Shown: piece after piece, positions 38,138 to 47,306 of the stretch
How positions within the stretch are numbered: position 1 is the first letter of the stretch
Layout of the letters: every line of letters starts with the position of its first letter
Assembly (NCBI GenBank): GCA_024274785.1
Contig: JAJSAM010000036.1
Span: 14,748 to 78,747 of the forward strand
Origin: Planctomycetota bacterium
GTDB taxonomy: Bacteria; Planctomycetota; JAJSAM01
Direction of reading: 5' to 3'
Length of the DNA stretch: 64,000 bases
Position numbers and translations under genes: made by a program
The notes under the pieces: model-generated
What the model saw: only the letters and a program-made list of their open reading frames with translations
Database searches by the model: none
What the model was told of the DNA's origin: nothing

Positions 38138-38300
38138 GGGCCCGTCTGGAAAGAACTGCTGCATTCGAGGGCCGCCGCATCCCGCTACGCTTTGTTGTTC
38201 GTCGGTTGAAACCAGCAAGGTTGCGCCCTCCTCGCGCCTTGCTTTCTCGGGCGCAGCGGCGCTCTCGGTGCAACGATCGCACTTGTTTCCAGACGAGCCC
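38138..38300 (-). mobile_element. MITE/REP-like palindromic element, copy 3 (reverse orientation, variant TIRs)
   Basis: TIRs GGGCCCGTCTGGAAA / TTTCCAGACGAGCCC; reverse complement carries the shared core. Confidence 0.75.
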
Positions 38301-38366
38301 AAAGTTCTGGTGCTGAGGGAGCTGCTCTGTTTGGGTGGCCGCACGGGCCGATTCGGGGGCTGCGGG

Positions 38367-38388
38367 TGTTACACACACGCTACGGTTC
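38367..38388. promoter_or_regulatory. Second candidate UAS box, sat side
   Basis: TGTTAC-ACACA-CGCTACGGTTC. Confidence 0.6.
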
Positions 38389-38529
38389 GCCCCCGGATGA
38401 GGGGGCGCTCAATCGAACGAACGTACGGTTCCCCAAGCTGTCAGAGCGACCCTCCAGGGGCCTGCGCTCACTGGCAGGCCGTCGGGATAACGCGTTCCCC
38501 GCAGGCAGTCCCGTCCTCCCGACGGGCTG

Positions 38530-39297
38530 CTAGCTCACCATGAACACATCCGACGGCCCGTGCCGCCCCGCCAGTTCCACCTTCACTCCCGCGGCGCACA
38601 GGCCCTCGGCCGCGGAGAGCGCAGCGTCCGGTGTATTGTTCTCCCCCGAGAGGTGGGAGAGAATGAGCAGCTTCAATCGATCTCCTGCGGCCCGCAGAGC
38701 CAGTTCGGAGCACTCCTCGTTGCTCAGGTGCCCGCAGGGGCCGGCGATGCGATCCTTCAGGTGCTCCGGATAGAGGCCGTGCAGGAGCATCTCCAGATCG
38801 TAATTCGCCTCCAGGTAGGCCGCGTCCAGCCCCGGCAGGGTGTCTTCCAGTTCGGCGAAGCAGTGGCCGAGGTCCGTGAGGATGCCCAGGCGGAGGTCAC
38901 CGTGCTCCACGACGTAAGCGACTCCTTCGCGGCCATCGTGGGGTGTGGGGATCGAGTGCACCATGGTCCCCCCGAAGACGATCGTCTCGCCGGCCGCGAT
39001 CGTCGTCAGCCTGGTTACCTTCCCGGCGCGTTGTCGCGCCGCCTCCCAGGTGCCGCGGGTGGCGAACAGGGGCAGGCCGTAACGGCGGTGAAGAACACCG
39101 GCCCCGCCCACGTGGTCCGAATGGTTGTGGGAGATGAGGAGGGCGTCGACATCGGCAAGATCGACCCCCCCCAGAGCGGCCCGCTCCTCGAGCTTCCTCC
39201 CGGACAGCCCGGCATCGAACAGGAGACGGGCATCGCTCGTCTCGACGTAGATCGAGTTCCCGTTGGATCCGGAAGCCAGGGCGACAGTGCGGATCAA
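38530..39297 (-). CDS. MBL-fold metallo-hydrolase (YycJ/WalJ-like)
   Basis: ASGSNGN, LFDAG, SHNHSDH, TPHD, LTDLG, EANYD, GHLSN, HLS. Confidence 0.9.
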   Translation of the reverse strand: MIRTVALASGSNGNSIYVETSDARLLFDAGLSGRKLEERAALGGVDLADVDALLISHNHSDHVGGAGVLHRRYGLPLFATRGTWEAARQRAGKVTRLTTIAAGETIVFGGTMVHSIPTPHDGREGVAYVVEHGDLRLGILTDLGHCFAELEDTLPGLDAAYLEANYDLEMLLHGLYPEHLKDRIAGPCGHLSNEECSELALRAAGDRLKLLILSHLSGENNTPDAALSAAEGLCAAGVKVELAGRHGPSDVFMVS

Positions 39298-39301
39298 GGT
39301 C

Positions 39302-39712
39302 TCACTGCATTCCGGTGACGGCGTCGATCACATCCTCGGAGACGAAGAGGGCGGCGTCGCACTGCACCGCCAGGGCGATGGCGTCGCTCGGCCGACAGTC
39401 CAGTTCGACGCTTGAATCGTCTTTCTCCAGATTCAGGCGGGCGTAGAACGTATTCTCATGGAGGCGGCTGATAACGACGGAGAGCACCCGGCTGCCGAGG
39501 GCCTCGATGGTGCGGCCGAGGAGATCATGGGTCATGGGGCGGGGCGTGTCGACCCCACGGACGCGGCGGTCGATCGCGGCGGCCTCGAAGTAACCGATCA
39601 CGATAGGAAAGGCCCGGTCCCCGTTCTTCTCCTTGAGGAAGATATACTGCTGATCGCTCGTCTCGCGGATGACGATCCTGACCAGTTCGACCGGCACCAG
39701 GTTCTCGCTCAT
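39302..39712 (-). CDS. Bifunctional nuclease family protein (DUF151)
   Basis: FPIVIGYFEAAAI, PRPMTHDL, FYARL, DCRPSDAIALA. Confidence 0.9.
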   Translation of the reverse strand: MSENLVPVELVRIVIRETSDQQYIFLKEKNGDRAFPIVIGYFEAAAIDRRVRGVDTPRPMTHDLLGRTIEALGSRVLSVVISRLHENTFYARLNLEKDDSSVELDCRPSDAIALAVQCDAALFVSEDVIDAVTGMQ

Positions 39713-39754
39713 GCCCCTGATCCTATACGATACGCTCTGAACGGGAGGTCTTTC

Positions 39755-40627
39755 TTGAAAGAGGTCACCACAGTTCCAGCAGTGCCGAGACGGCCAGAGG
39801 AGGCACACAAGGGCACGTTCGGCCACCTCCTCGTGCTCGGCGGTTCGAGGCGGATGACCGGCGCCGCACTACTGGCCGTGAAGGCGGGGCTCCGCAGCGG
39901 CACGGGGCTCGTCACTCTCGGTATACCCGCAGGCGTACACAAGCTGATCGCGCCGGCGATGCTCTCGGCCATGTCGCTCCCGCTCCCACCGGACGACAGC
40001 GACCGCTTCACGCCGGAGGCAGTCCGGCCGGCACTCGAATTCGCCGCCGGCGTGACCGCCATCGCCCTCGGTCCGGGAGTATCGACGGAGGCCCCGGTGG
40101 CGCAATTCGTCACCGCTTTCGCAAAGAGAGCACCCGTGGCCATGGTGATCGACGCGGATGGACTGAACTGCCTGGCCGCAGACCCCGCCGGTCCGGATGC
40201 CGGCCCCGGCACCCGCATTCTCACGCCCCATCCCGGCGAAGCGGCCCGGTTGCTCCGCTGCCCGGTCTCCGAGGTCCAGAAGGACCGGCGCGTATCCGCC
40301 GCTCTGCTCGCGAACCGCCACCATGCTGTTGTCGCCCTGAAGGGCCACGGCACGATCGTCACGGATGGAGAGTCCTTCTATCGAAATGACACCGGCAACC
40401 CGGGCATGGCCACCGGTGGCACCGGAGATGTGCTCACCGGACTGATCGGCGGGCTCCTCGCCACGGGGATGCCCGCGTTCGACGCGGCGGTCCTCGGCGT
40501 ACACCTGCACGGGTTGGCCGGAGACCTCGCCGCGGCAACGTTGTCGGAACCCGCGCTCACCGCCGGGGACCTGCTCGACCACCTCGGCCCCGCTTTTCTC
40601 GCGATGATCCGGCGTTCCTCACCGTGA
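39755..40627 (+). CDS. nnrD: ADP-dependent NAD(P)H-hydrate dehydratase (stand-alone)
   Basis: HKGTFG, GPG, VIDADGLN, LTPHPGE, GNPGMATGGTGDVL; TTG start after GGGAGG. Confidence 0.9.
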   Translation: MKEVTTVPAVPRRPEEAHKGTFGHLLVLGGSRRMTGAALLAVKAGLRSGTGLVTLGIPAGVHKLIAPAMLSAMSLPLPPDDSDRFTPEAVRPALEFAAGVTAIALGPGVSTEAPVAQFVTAFAKRAPVAMVIDADGLNCLAADPAGPDAGPGTRILTPHPGEAARLLRCPVSEVQKDRRVSAALLANRHHAVVALKGHGTIVTDGESFYRNDTGNPGMATGGTGDVLTGLIGGLLATGMPAFDAAVLGVHLHGLAGDLAAATLSEPALTAGDLLDHLGPAFLAMIRRSSP

Positions 40628-40653
40628 TTCAGCGTTCCTCACCGTGATCCGGC
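40605..40653. repeat. Tandem 20-bp repeat (about 2.5 copies) spanning the nnrD stop codon
   Basis: TGATCCGGCGTTCCTCACCG / TGATTCAGCGTTCCTCACCG / TGATCCGGC. Confidence 0.85.
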
Positions 40654-40676
40654 AACCTGCCCGTATCATGGACAGG

Positions 40677-43600
40677 ATGAGTCGGTTCCAGGTCATGGTC
40701 CTTCTGCTCCTTGTCGCGTCCCCCACCGCCGGCGCGGGAGACCTGCCCGTCTATGAACTGCCGAAATCACTGTCCGGGGTCGTGTGCGACCGGGCGGAAC
40801 TCGTCGGCGGGCTCGTGGCCGATGTGGTGCAGGAGCGCCCCGGCGCCAGCGAAGAGGCCTGGCGAGTCCTCGGGGCGCTGGGCCGTCCCGCCGTACCTTT
40901 GGTGATCCGGGCCCTGCCCGAGGCGGCCTGGCTCGGCCGTTCGCACCTGGTTGCCGCTCTGGCGGAATCCGGGGTCGCAGAGGTGGAGCCGGTGCTCCTC
41001 GCGGCCGGCGACGACCCATCCTGGGCCGTGCGGGAAGCGGCGGCCCGCGGCCTGGCGAAGGGCATTTCGCCGCGCGCCGCAGAGGTCCTCGCCCTGCTTT
41101 CCCGCGACGCTTCCTGGCGAGTGCGGGCCACGGCCTGCCGGTCCCTCCGGATGCTCGTGACCCGCGGCGCCGTTTCCCGGGATCAGGCGATTCCCGTCCT
41201 GCTCGAGCGGGTTCGGGACGGAGATCGCGACGTCCGCCTGACGGCGCTCCGGGAGTTGGGTCACCTCAAGGCCGACGAAGCGCGAACGGCCTTCCTCGCC
41301 GGCATGAAGGAGGACGACGAAGAAGTTCACGACCTCTGTTTCCAGGCCCTGACCGGCCTCGATGATGCACGCGAAGACCTGATTCTCGCGATGCAGGAAG
41401 CGCTCGAGGATTCGGATGAAATGGTGTTCCTCGAAGCGGCCGAGAAAGTTGTGGAGTTGACGGGCGCCGAGATCCTCGAGTCACCGGCCCACCTGAGCCG
41501 ACTCCTGAACCTGCTTCGCTCCCAGACGCTGCGGACTTCGAAGGTGTTCCGGGAGATCGGACGGCCGGCAGTCCCGATCCTGCTCGAGGACCTGCGCAGT
41601 TCCTACTCCGTGGGACGCAGGTTCGCGGCCGGAGACTACGGCCCACGGGTGCTCGACCTGGTGCAGGAGATCCTCGCCGAAAAGGCCGCCCCCATCCTCG
41701 AGGAGATCCTGCTCGGTTGGGAAGAGGCGGATTCGATCCGCCGCCACGCCGTGGATCTGGGGGCTCGCTACCACGCGAAAACCATGGTCGCGACCTTCAA
41801 GAAGGCCTACCGCAGTGGACAGTTCTCGGACATCCGCTCCGCACTGCTGAGGGGCATCGCCGCGGCGAATGACCCGGACCTTCAGAGTGTCGTAAACGAC
41901 GCCCTCACCTCCGGCGATTCCATGCTGAAACGCACGGCCCGGAAGATCGTCGAAGACCATCCGGCGCTCGAGGTCGGCGACGCTCTCGTGAAGGCGGCGG
42001 AAGACGAGCAGGAGAGTCCGGAACTGGCCGCGGGCCTGGTCCGCCTGCTGATCACCCGGGAACACCCCGAGGCACTGCGGGTGGCCAGGGCCTTGCTCGC
42101 CCACGGAAACCCGCGGTTCCGCCGGACCGGGGCCGGACCGATCCGATTCCTCACCGACACAACCCAGGCACTCACCCTGCTCTCCCTCGCGTATCGCCGG
42201 GAAGACGGGCGGAACCGGGAAGAGACCTCGATGGACCAGGTCGGGGAGGAACCGCCAGAGGAGGATCTGGAGCGCTTTGCAAACCTTCGCCGGCAGGTCG
42301 TGAAGGCGATCCTCGCGAGTGCGCAACTCGTCGGTGGCAAGGAGGCCCTCCCCCTCATCTCCGAGGCGGCCCGGGACCGGGATCCGGTCATTCGCGAAGC
42401 CGCAATGTTCCGGGTGGCCGCCATCGACTCACCCGATTCGCTGGCCCTGGCGATGCGACTGGTCGAGCACGATACCGACGACACCGTCATCGCGGCGGCA
42501 CTGCGCGTCGTCGTCGGATACGAGGACGACGCGGCGCAGGCCCTGCTGACCCGCCTGCTTCTCGGAAGCGATGAACGGCAGCGCCTCGATGTCCTTCGCG
42601 CGCTCCGACGATCGGAATCGGCGCACATTCCCACCCTGGTGATCGAGTCCCTGCAAGCGGACGGTTGGGAACAGGGGGCCCGCCTGATGGCCGTCGAAGC
42701 CCTCGGCAATCGAGGCGACCCGGAGCATGTACCGATCCTCTCGAAGCTCGTTCACGACGACGCGAGCCTCCTGGTCCGGGCCGCGGCGGTCGAAGCCCTC
42801 GGAGCCACCGGGGACCGGGCCGCGGTTCCGGTGCTGCTCGATCTTCTGCCGGACTCCGGCGAACTCTTCGAGGGCGATCTCGCGGAAATCCGCTCGATCG
42901 CCGTGGAGGTTCTGGGGGAACTCGGCTCGCCGGATGCCGTGCCCCGGCTGCTGTCCCTGCTCGACGACGAGTGGGCACGAACGGTCGACTCCCCTGAGGA
43001 GGATTCCCGGCACTTACACGCCACGGACCTGCTGCTCACCGCGATCGGCCGCACCGGGGATGAGCGGGCGGTCTACCCGCTCCTGACACTCCTCTTCTCC
43101 CCCGCCCTGCACCGGTCCTTCGCCCTGCTCGATCAGAGTCCGCCTCAGGATCGACGCAGCCTGATCGGCAGCCTGGTCCGCGCTCTGGTCCACTTTCCGG
43201 ACGACCAACTCGTCGCAGTGGGCGGGGCTGTGATCGAGGACCGGAAGCGAAGCGGCGACGCCTTCCGGATCGACGAAGGCTACCTCTCCTACATCGCCAG
43301 TCTCTTCGCCGATCCCCGGAGCGAAGAGATCCGGCTCCCGCGTCCCCGGCGAGGACTGGCCGCGCTCCTGTTCGCCCTGACCCTCGACACCATCCCCCGC
43401 GAAAGCGCCGCCGACCTCGCCGCGATCACCCACCTGTCAGCCGGGGCCGCCGCCCGCCACGATTTCAAGAACGCGTCGGCACTCGCCGCGCGCCGGGTCG
43501 CGCTCGCCGAGTTGCTCGATCCCACGACCTTCCGCGAGGAGGAGGATGTTCTTCGCGCGGATCTCGACTTCCTCACGGGGATGGCGCTCATGCGGGCCGG

Positions 43601-44096
43601 ACGGGAAGAGGAGGGTCTCCTCCGCTACCAGGCCGGAAGGGCACGTGACCCCGAGGAACCCCGGATCCTCAACCTCTTCGCCTGGTACCTGGCCGATACC
43701 GGCCGGCAACTCGATCTCGCACTCGAAGCGGCCATGGCCGCCGGGCGGCGAGCACCGTCGGACCCCTTCGTGATCGACACCATCGGCTGGACGCTGCACC
43801 GCCGAAGTGAGTACCGGGGTGCGGTCCGTCGCCTGAACCTGGCGGCCGCCCTGGATATGGATGATTCGGAGCGCACTCCGGGCCGGCAACCGGACCCCGT
43901 GATCCTCTACCACCTGGCCGCCGCCTGGTCGCGTGCCGGCTTTCCGGGCAACAGCGCGACGGTCCTGGCCCGCGCCGTCATGATGGACGATACACTCGCC
44001 TCCGCCGCCCGCGGGGATGCCGATTTCGCACCCCTTCGAAAGACCGCTTTGTTAGAGAAGGCGGTGAGAGAAGGACTTCGGGCCATCCCGCGGTAA
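40677..44096 (+). CDS. Large exported HEAT-repeat protein with C-terminal TPR-like repeats
   Basis: Signal peptide MSRFQVMVLLLLVASPTAGA; repeated D..W.VR.AA..L units; C-terminal NLFAWYLAD, DTIGW.L, YHLA. Confidence 0.8.
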   Translation: MSRFQVMVLLLLVASPTAGAGDLPVYELPKSLSGVVCDRAELVGGLVADVVQERPGASEEAWRVLGALGRPAVPLVIRALPEAAWLGRSHLVAALAESGVAEVEPVLLAAGDDPSWAVREAAARGLAKGISPRAAEVLALLSRDASWRVRATACRSLRMLVTRGAVSRDQAIPVLLERVRDGDRDVRLTALRELGHLKADEARTAFLAGMKEDDEEVHDLCFQALTGLDDAREDLILAMQEALEDSDEMVFLEAAEKVVELTGAEILESPAHLSRLLNLLRSQTLRTSKVFREIGRPAVPILLEDLRSSYSVGRRFAAGDYGPRVLDLVQEILAEKAAPILEEILLGWEEADSIRRHAVDLGARYHAKTMVATFKKAYRSGQFSDIRSALLRGIAAANDPDLQSVVNDALTSGDSMLKRTARKIVEDHPALEVGDALVKAAEDEQESPELAAGLVRLLITREHPEALRVARALLAHGNPRFRRTGAGPIRFLTDTTQALTLLSLAYRREDGRNREETSMDQVGEEPPEEDLERFANLRRQVVKAILASAQLVGGKEALPLISEAARDRDPVIREAAMFRVAAIDSPDSLALAMRLVEHDTDDTVIAAALRVVVGYEDDAAQALLTRLLLGSDERQRLDVLRALRRSESAHIPTLVIESLQADGWEQGARLMAVEALGNRGDPEHVPILSKLVHDDASLLVRAAAVEALGATGDRAAVPVLLDLLPDSGELFEGDLAEIRSIAVEVLGELGSPDAVPRLLSLLDDEWARTVDSPEEDSRHLHATDLLLTAIGRTGDERAVYPLLTLLFSPALHRSFALLDQSPPQDRRSLIGSLVRALVHFPDDQLVAVGGAVIEDRKRSGDAFRIDEGYLSYIASLFADPRSEEIRLPRPRRGLAALLFALTLDTIPRESAADLAAITHLSAGAAARHDFKNASALAARRVALAELLDPTTFREEEDVLRADLDFLTGMALMRAGREEEGLLRYQAGRARDPEEPRILNLFAWYLADTGRQLDLALEAAMAAGRRAPSDPFVIDTIGWTLHRRSEYRGAVRRLNLAAALDMDDSERTPGRQPDPVILYHLAAAWSRAGFPGNSATVLARAVMMDDTLASAARGDADFAPLRKTALLEKAVREGLRAIPR

Positions 44097-44254
44097 GGGC
44101 TCGCGCAAGAATAAGTTCGCAGGACCGAGAGCGCTGATGCGCCCGCCCGGCAAGGCGCGAGGAGCGCGCAACCTTACTGGTTTCAACCGACGAGCAACGC
44201 AGCTCAAGGGGATGCGGCAGCCCTCGAATCCCGAAGGTATTCTTGCGCGGGCCC
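44097..44254 (+). mobile_element. MITE/REP-like palindromic element, copy 4
   Basis: 158 bp; TIRs GGGCTCGCGCAAGAATA / TATTCTTGCGCGGGCCC; abuts the TAA of the preceding gene. Confidence 0.8.
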
Positions 44255-44375
44255 GAAGAGGTGCGGGCCGATGAAGGTGGCGGCGCCCCGATTGTCCTCT
44301 TCCCCTGAACTCGCCGGTGGACACTTGCGCCCCCGGGATCCCCTGAAACCCTTCTGAAACAGGGCTTCCACAGGA

Positions 44376-44391
44376 TGGCACGCTCTTCGCA
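44376..44391 (+). promoter_or_regulatory. sigma54 (-24/-12) promoter
   Basis: TGGCACGCTCTTCGCA (GG-N10-GC), about 43 nt before ATG 44434. Confidence 0.68.
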
Positions 44392-44433
44392 AAACCTCCC
44401 CGCGTATCAGTCGAACAGACCGGGAGAACAGAA

Positions 44434-44991
44434 ATGAGAACCGCAGCCATCATCCTCGGGATCATCACCGCTACCCTCCTCCTGCCGCAGATCGCCTTCG
44501 CCCGCGGCGGCGGGCAGAGGGCGAAGGCCGACCGGCGGAAATCGAAGGTCGAGGTCGTCAGGAAGCCGGTCATCCTCGAGAGGAGCCGCCGGGCACCGGT
44601 CGCCGTCAGGCCGGTCATCGTGGCGCCGGTCACGGCCCGGCCGGTCGTCGTCATCCGGGCTGAGAAGCCGTGGCCTCACGAGGTGCGTCGGGAGTCCCGG
44701 ACCTCGAGACGAGGCCGTCGCCACTCGATGCGACAACGCCCTCGCCACGAGGTCGGACGCCGCGGACACCGGCACCACGAAGACTGCGGATACATCCCCG
44801 GGCGCTACGAGAGGCGCGCCTACGAGATCGTCGTGCCGGGATACTTCAGGAACGAGGTGGTTGCCCCGATCTACATCGAGCGCCGGGGACCGCGCGGTTT
44901 CCGCGTGAAGATCATGGTCCGCCCCGCGGGCCTGAGAAGAGTCTGGGAGCCGCCGTCCACGATCACTCGCTATGAGCAGGTCTGGGTCTAA
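44434..44991 (+). CDS. Exported Arg/Val/Pro-rich hypothetical protein
   Basis: Signal peptide ending AFA; low-complexity RR/PV repeats; C-terminal YIPGRYE..VPGYF..VWEP. Confidence 0.65.
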   Translation: MRTAAIILGIITATLLLPQIAFARGGGQRAKADRRKSKVEVVRKPVILERSRRAPVAVRPVIVAPVTARPVVVIRAEKPWPHEVRRESRTSRRGRRHSMRQRPRHEVGRRGHRHHEDCGYIPGRYERRAYEIVVPGYFRNEVVAPIYIERRGPRGFRVKIMVRPAGLRRVWEPPSTITRYEQVWV

Positions 44992-45841
44992 GGCCACTAC
45001 CTCTGCGGCCGCTGACCGCAACCGAACCGAAACTCGCGGGGGCGCCCAGCATGGTGCCCCCGCGCTGATTCGGCCAGAGGGACGACATCTGCGGCATCGC
45101 CGAGCCTGGCCTCGCAGCAGCAGCCGATCTCAGGCTCGCAAGTGTCGCCCGCGTGGGAAACACTCCCGCACCTTCCCCGCACCCGTGGCCGTTGCAGGCT
45201 CGCAGATATCGCGGAACGAGCCGTTTCTCAGTACGATCCGTGGCGTGTTTATCGAGCAACAGCGGTTCTGGCTGGAACTCCTCAATGCCCGGCGGGGCTT
45301 CAAGGATGTCGACTCGCTGATGGCCATCGTGCCGTCCTCCCATCGCGATTTTCCCCACCCTCCCGGCTGGCCCGCCCGGAAGGCCTTCATCTACCTTCTG
45401 AACAATGCGGACATGCTCCGCGCAAACCTCACCGCTCTCGAGGCGGGGAAGCCCCTGGACCTGACGATGTTGAACAACATCCTCTCCGAGGGGCGGCTTC
45501 GGCTCGTCAATTGGGGTGGGATCGCCGGTATCGGCCGGGAGCGGAACACACGGCAGGCGGAGGATGACCGGATTGAAACGCTCGTGGCGGATTCCGTCAC
45601 GGCGGGACTGAATCGGGGAACCGCCTATGTCCGGAACCTCGTCGAGCGATCGGTCTTCTACTTCGCGCAATATGTGGACTATCGCTATTCCGACCCGGTG
45701 TACCCGGACTCCTCGCCGGGTCGATTCCAGGTGATGCAATGCCTCTTTGAGGACTGCGGAGGACTTTTCATACGGTCCCCGGAGACTCTGCTCTACTGCT
45801 CCGACGACTGCGCCCGAAAGGACGCCGGAGGCGTCTCATGA
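44972..45841 (+). CDS. Hypothetical protein with C-terminal CGNR/ABATE-like zinc finger (start uncertain)
   Basis: QCLFEDCGGLF..YCSDDC; stop overlaps the purB ATG (ATGA). Confidence 0.5.
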   Translation: MSRSGSKATTSAAADRNRTETRGGAQHGAPALIRPEGRHLRHRRAWPRSSSRSQARKCRPRGKHSRTFPAPVAVAGSQISRNEPFLSTIRGVFIEQQRFWLELLNARRGFKDVDSLMAIVPSSHRDFPHPPGWPARKAFIYLLNNADMLRANLTALEAGKPLDLTMLNNILSEGRLRLVNWGGIAGIGRERNTRQAEDDRIETLVADSVTAGLNRGTAYVRNLVERSVFYFAQYVDYRYSDPVYPDSSPGRFQVMQCLFEDCGGLFIRSPETLLYCSDDCARKDAGGVS

Positions 45842-47268
45842 AAGACGAATACGAGAACCCCCTCACCACCCGCTATGCCGGCAGGGAGATGCGGAGGATC
45901 TTCTCCCCCGACCACCGCTACCGGCGATGGCGTGACATGTGGATCGCCCTCGCGCGGGCGGAGAAGAAACTGGGCCTTCCGATCACCGACGCGCAGATCG
46001 ACTGCCTGGTCGCGCACCGCGACGACATCGACTACGACGTGGTTGCGAAGAAGGAACAGGAGATCCGCCACGACGTCATGGCGCACCTGCACGGATATGC
46101 CGAGTTCTGCCCCGAGGCGCGCCCGATCCTGCACCTGGGGGCCACGTCCTGCTTCGTCACGGACAATGCCGACCTGATCCTGCTCAGGGAAGCCCTCGCG
46201 GTCATCCTCAGGCTGACCGTAAACACCGTGGCCGCGCTCGCCGACCTGGCCCGGAAGCACCGTTCGGTGGCCGCGCTGGGGTTCACCCACTTCAAGCCGG
46301 CCCAACCCACCACGGTCGGCAAGCGGGCCTGTCTCTGGATCCAGGACCTGCTCCTCGACCTCGAACGCCTGTCCTTCGAAATCGAGCATCTCCGCTTCCG
46401 CGGGGTGAAGGGCACGACCGGAACCCAGGCCTCCTTTCTGGACCTGTTCGACGGCGACCACGGCAAGGTGGACGAACTCGACCGCCTGGTGGCCGAGGAG
46501 TTCGGCTTCGACCGCGTCTTCACGGTGACCGGTCAGACCTACCCGCGAAAGCTCGACTACGAGCTGCTCGCCGTACTCTCCGGGATCGCCCAATCCGCCC
46601 ACCGCTTCGCCAACGACATCCGGCTCCTGATGCACAAGGGTGAAGTGGAAGAGCCGTTCGAACAATCCCAGGTTGGCTCGTCGGCCATGCCATACAAGCG
46701 CAACCCGATGCGATCCGAACGCATCACGGCGCTCTCGAGATACCTCATCTCGCTCCCCTTGAACGCAGCGCAGACGGCCGCGGAACAGTGGCTCGAACGC
46801 ACCCTCGACGACTCCGCGAACCGCCGGATCGTGCTCCCCCAGGCGTTCCTCGCCGCCGACGCCATCCTGCAACTCTGCATGAACGTGGGCGGAGGCCTGG
46901 TGGTCAACGAAGCGGTGATCGCGAAGGACCTCGAAAAGGAACTCCCCTTCATGGCCACCGAGCGAATCCTCATGGCGGCGGTGAAGCAGGGGGGCGATCG
47001 CCAGGAGTTCCATGAGCGCATCCGAGTCCACGCCGTCGCGGCCCACCAGGCGATCCTCGCCGGCGCGGACCAAAACGACCTGCTCGAACGCCTGTCGGCC
47101 GACCCGGCCTTCGCGGCGGTCAGCGGGGAGTTCACAGGAATGCTCGACCCCGCAACCTACACCGGTCGCGCTCCGGAGCAGGTCGATCGCTTCCTGGCCG
47201 AGGAAGTAGCGCCGATCCTCGATCGGTTCGGGGATCTTCTCGGTGCCGAGGCGGTGATTACCGTCTGA
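45838..47268 (+). CDS. purB: Adenylosuccinate lyase
   Basis: YENPLTTRYA, RHDVMAH, HLGATSC, THFKPAQPTT, GSSAMPYKRNP. Confidence 0.96.
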   Translation: MKDEYENPLTTRYAGREMRRIFSPDHRYRRWRDMWIALARAEKKLGLPITDAQIDCLVAHRDDIDYDVVAKKEQEIRHDVMAHLHGYAEFCPEARPILHLGATSCFVTDNADLILLREALAVILRLTVNTVAALADLARKHRSVAALGFTHFKPAQPTTVGKRACLWIQDLLLDLERLSFEIEHLRFRGVKGTTGTQASFLDLFDGDHGKVDELDRLVAEEFGFDRVFTVTGQTYPRKLDYELLAVLSGIAQSAHRFANDIRLLMHKGEVEEPFEQSQVGSSAMPYKRNPMRSERITALSRYLISLPLNAAQTAAEQWLERTLDDSANRRIVLPQAFLAADAILQLCMNVGGGLVVNEAVIAKDLEKELPFMATERILMAAVKQGGDRQEFHERIRVHAVAAHQAILAGADQNDLLERLSADPAFAAVSGEFTGMLDPATYTGRAPEQVDRFLAEEVAPILDRFGDLLGAEAVITV

Positions 47269-47306
47269 GGAATCTGCATGAGCGCCCGCTCCGGAACAGG
47301 TACGCT

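Noticed and set aside
8784-44254. Repeated element considered as a CRISPR or structured ncRNA
   Set aside because: Copies are dispersed, about 160 bp long with TIRs, have no spacers and no cas genes; no Rfam family recognised by eye.
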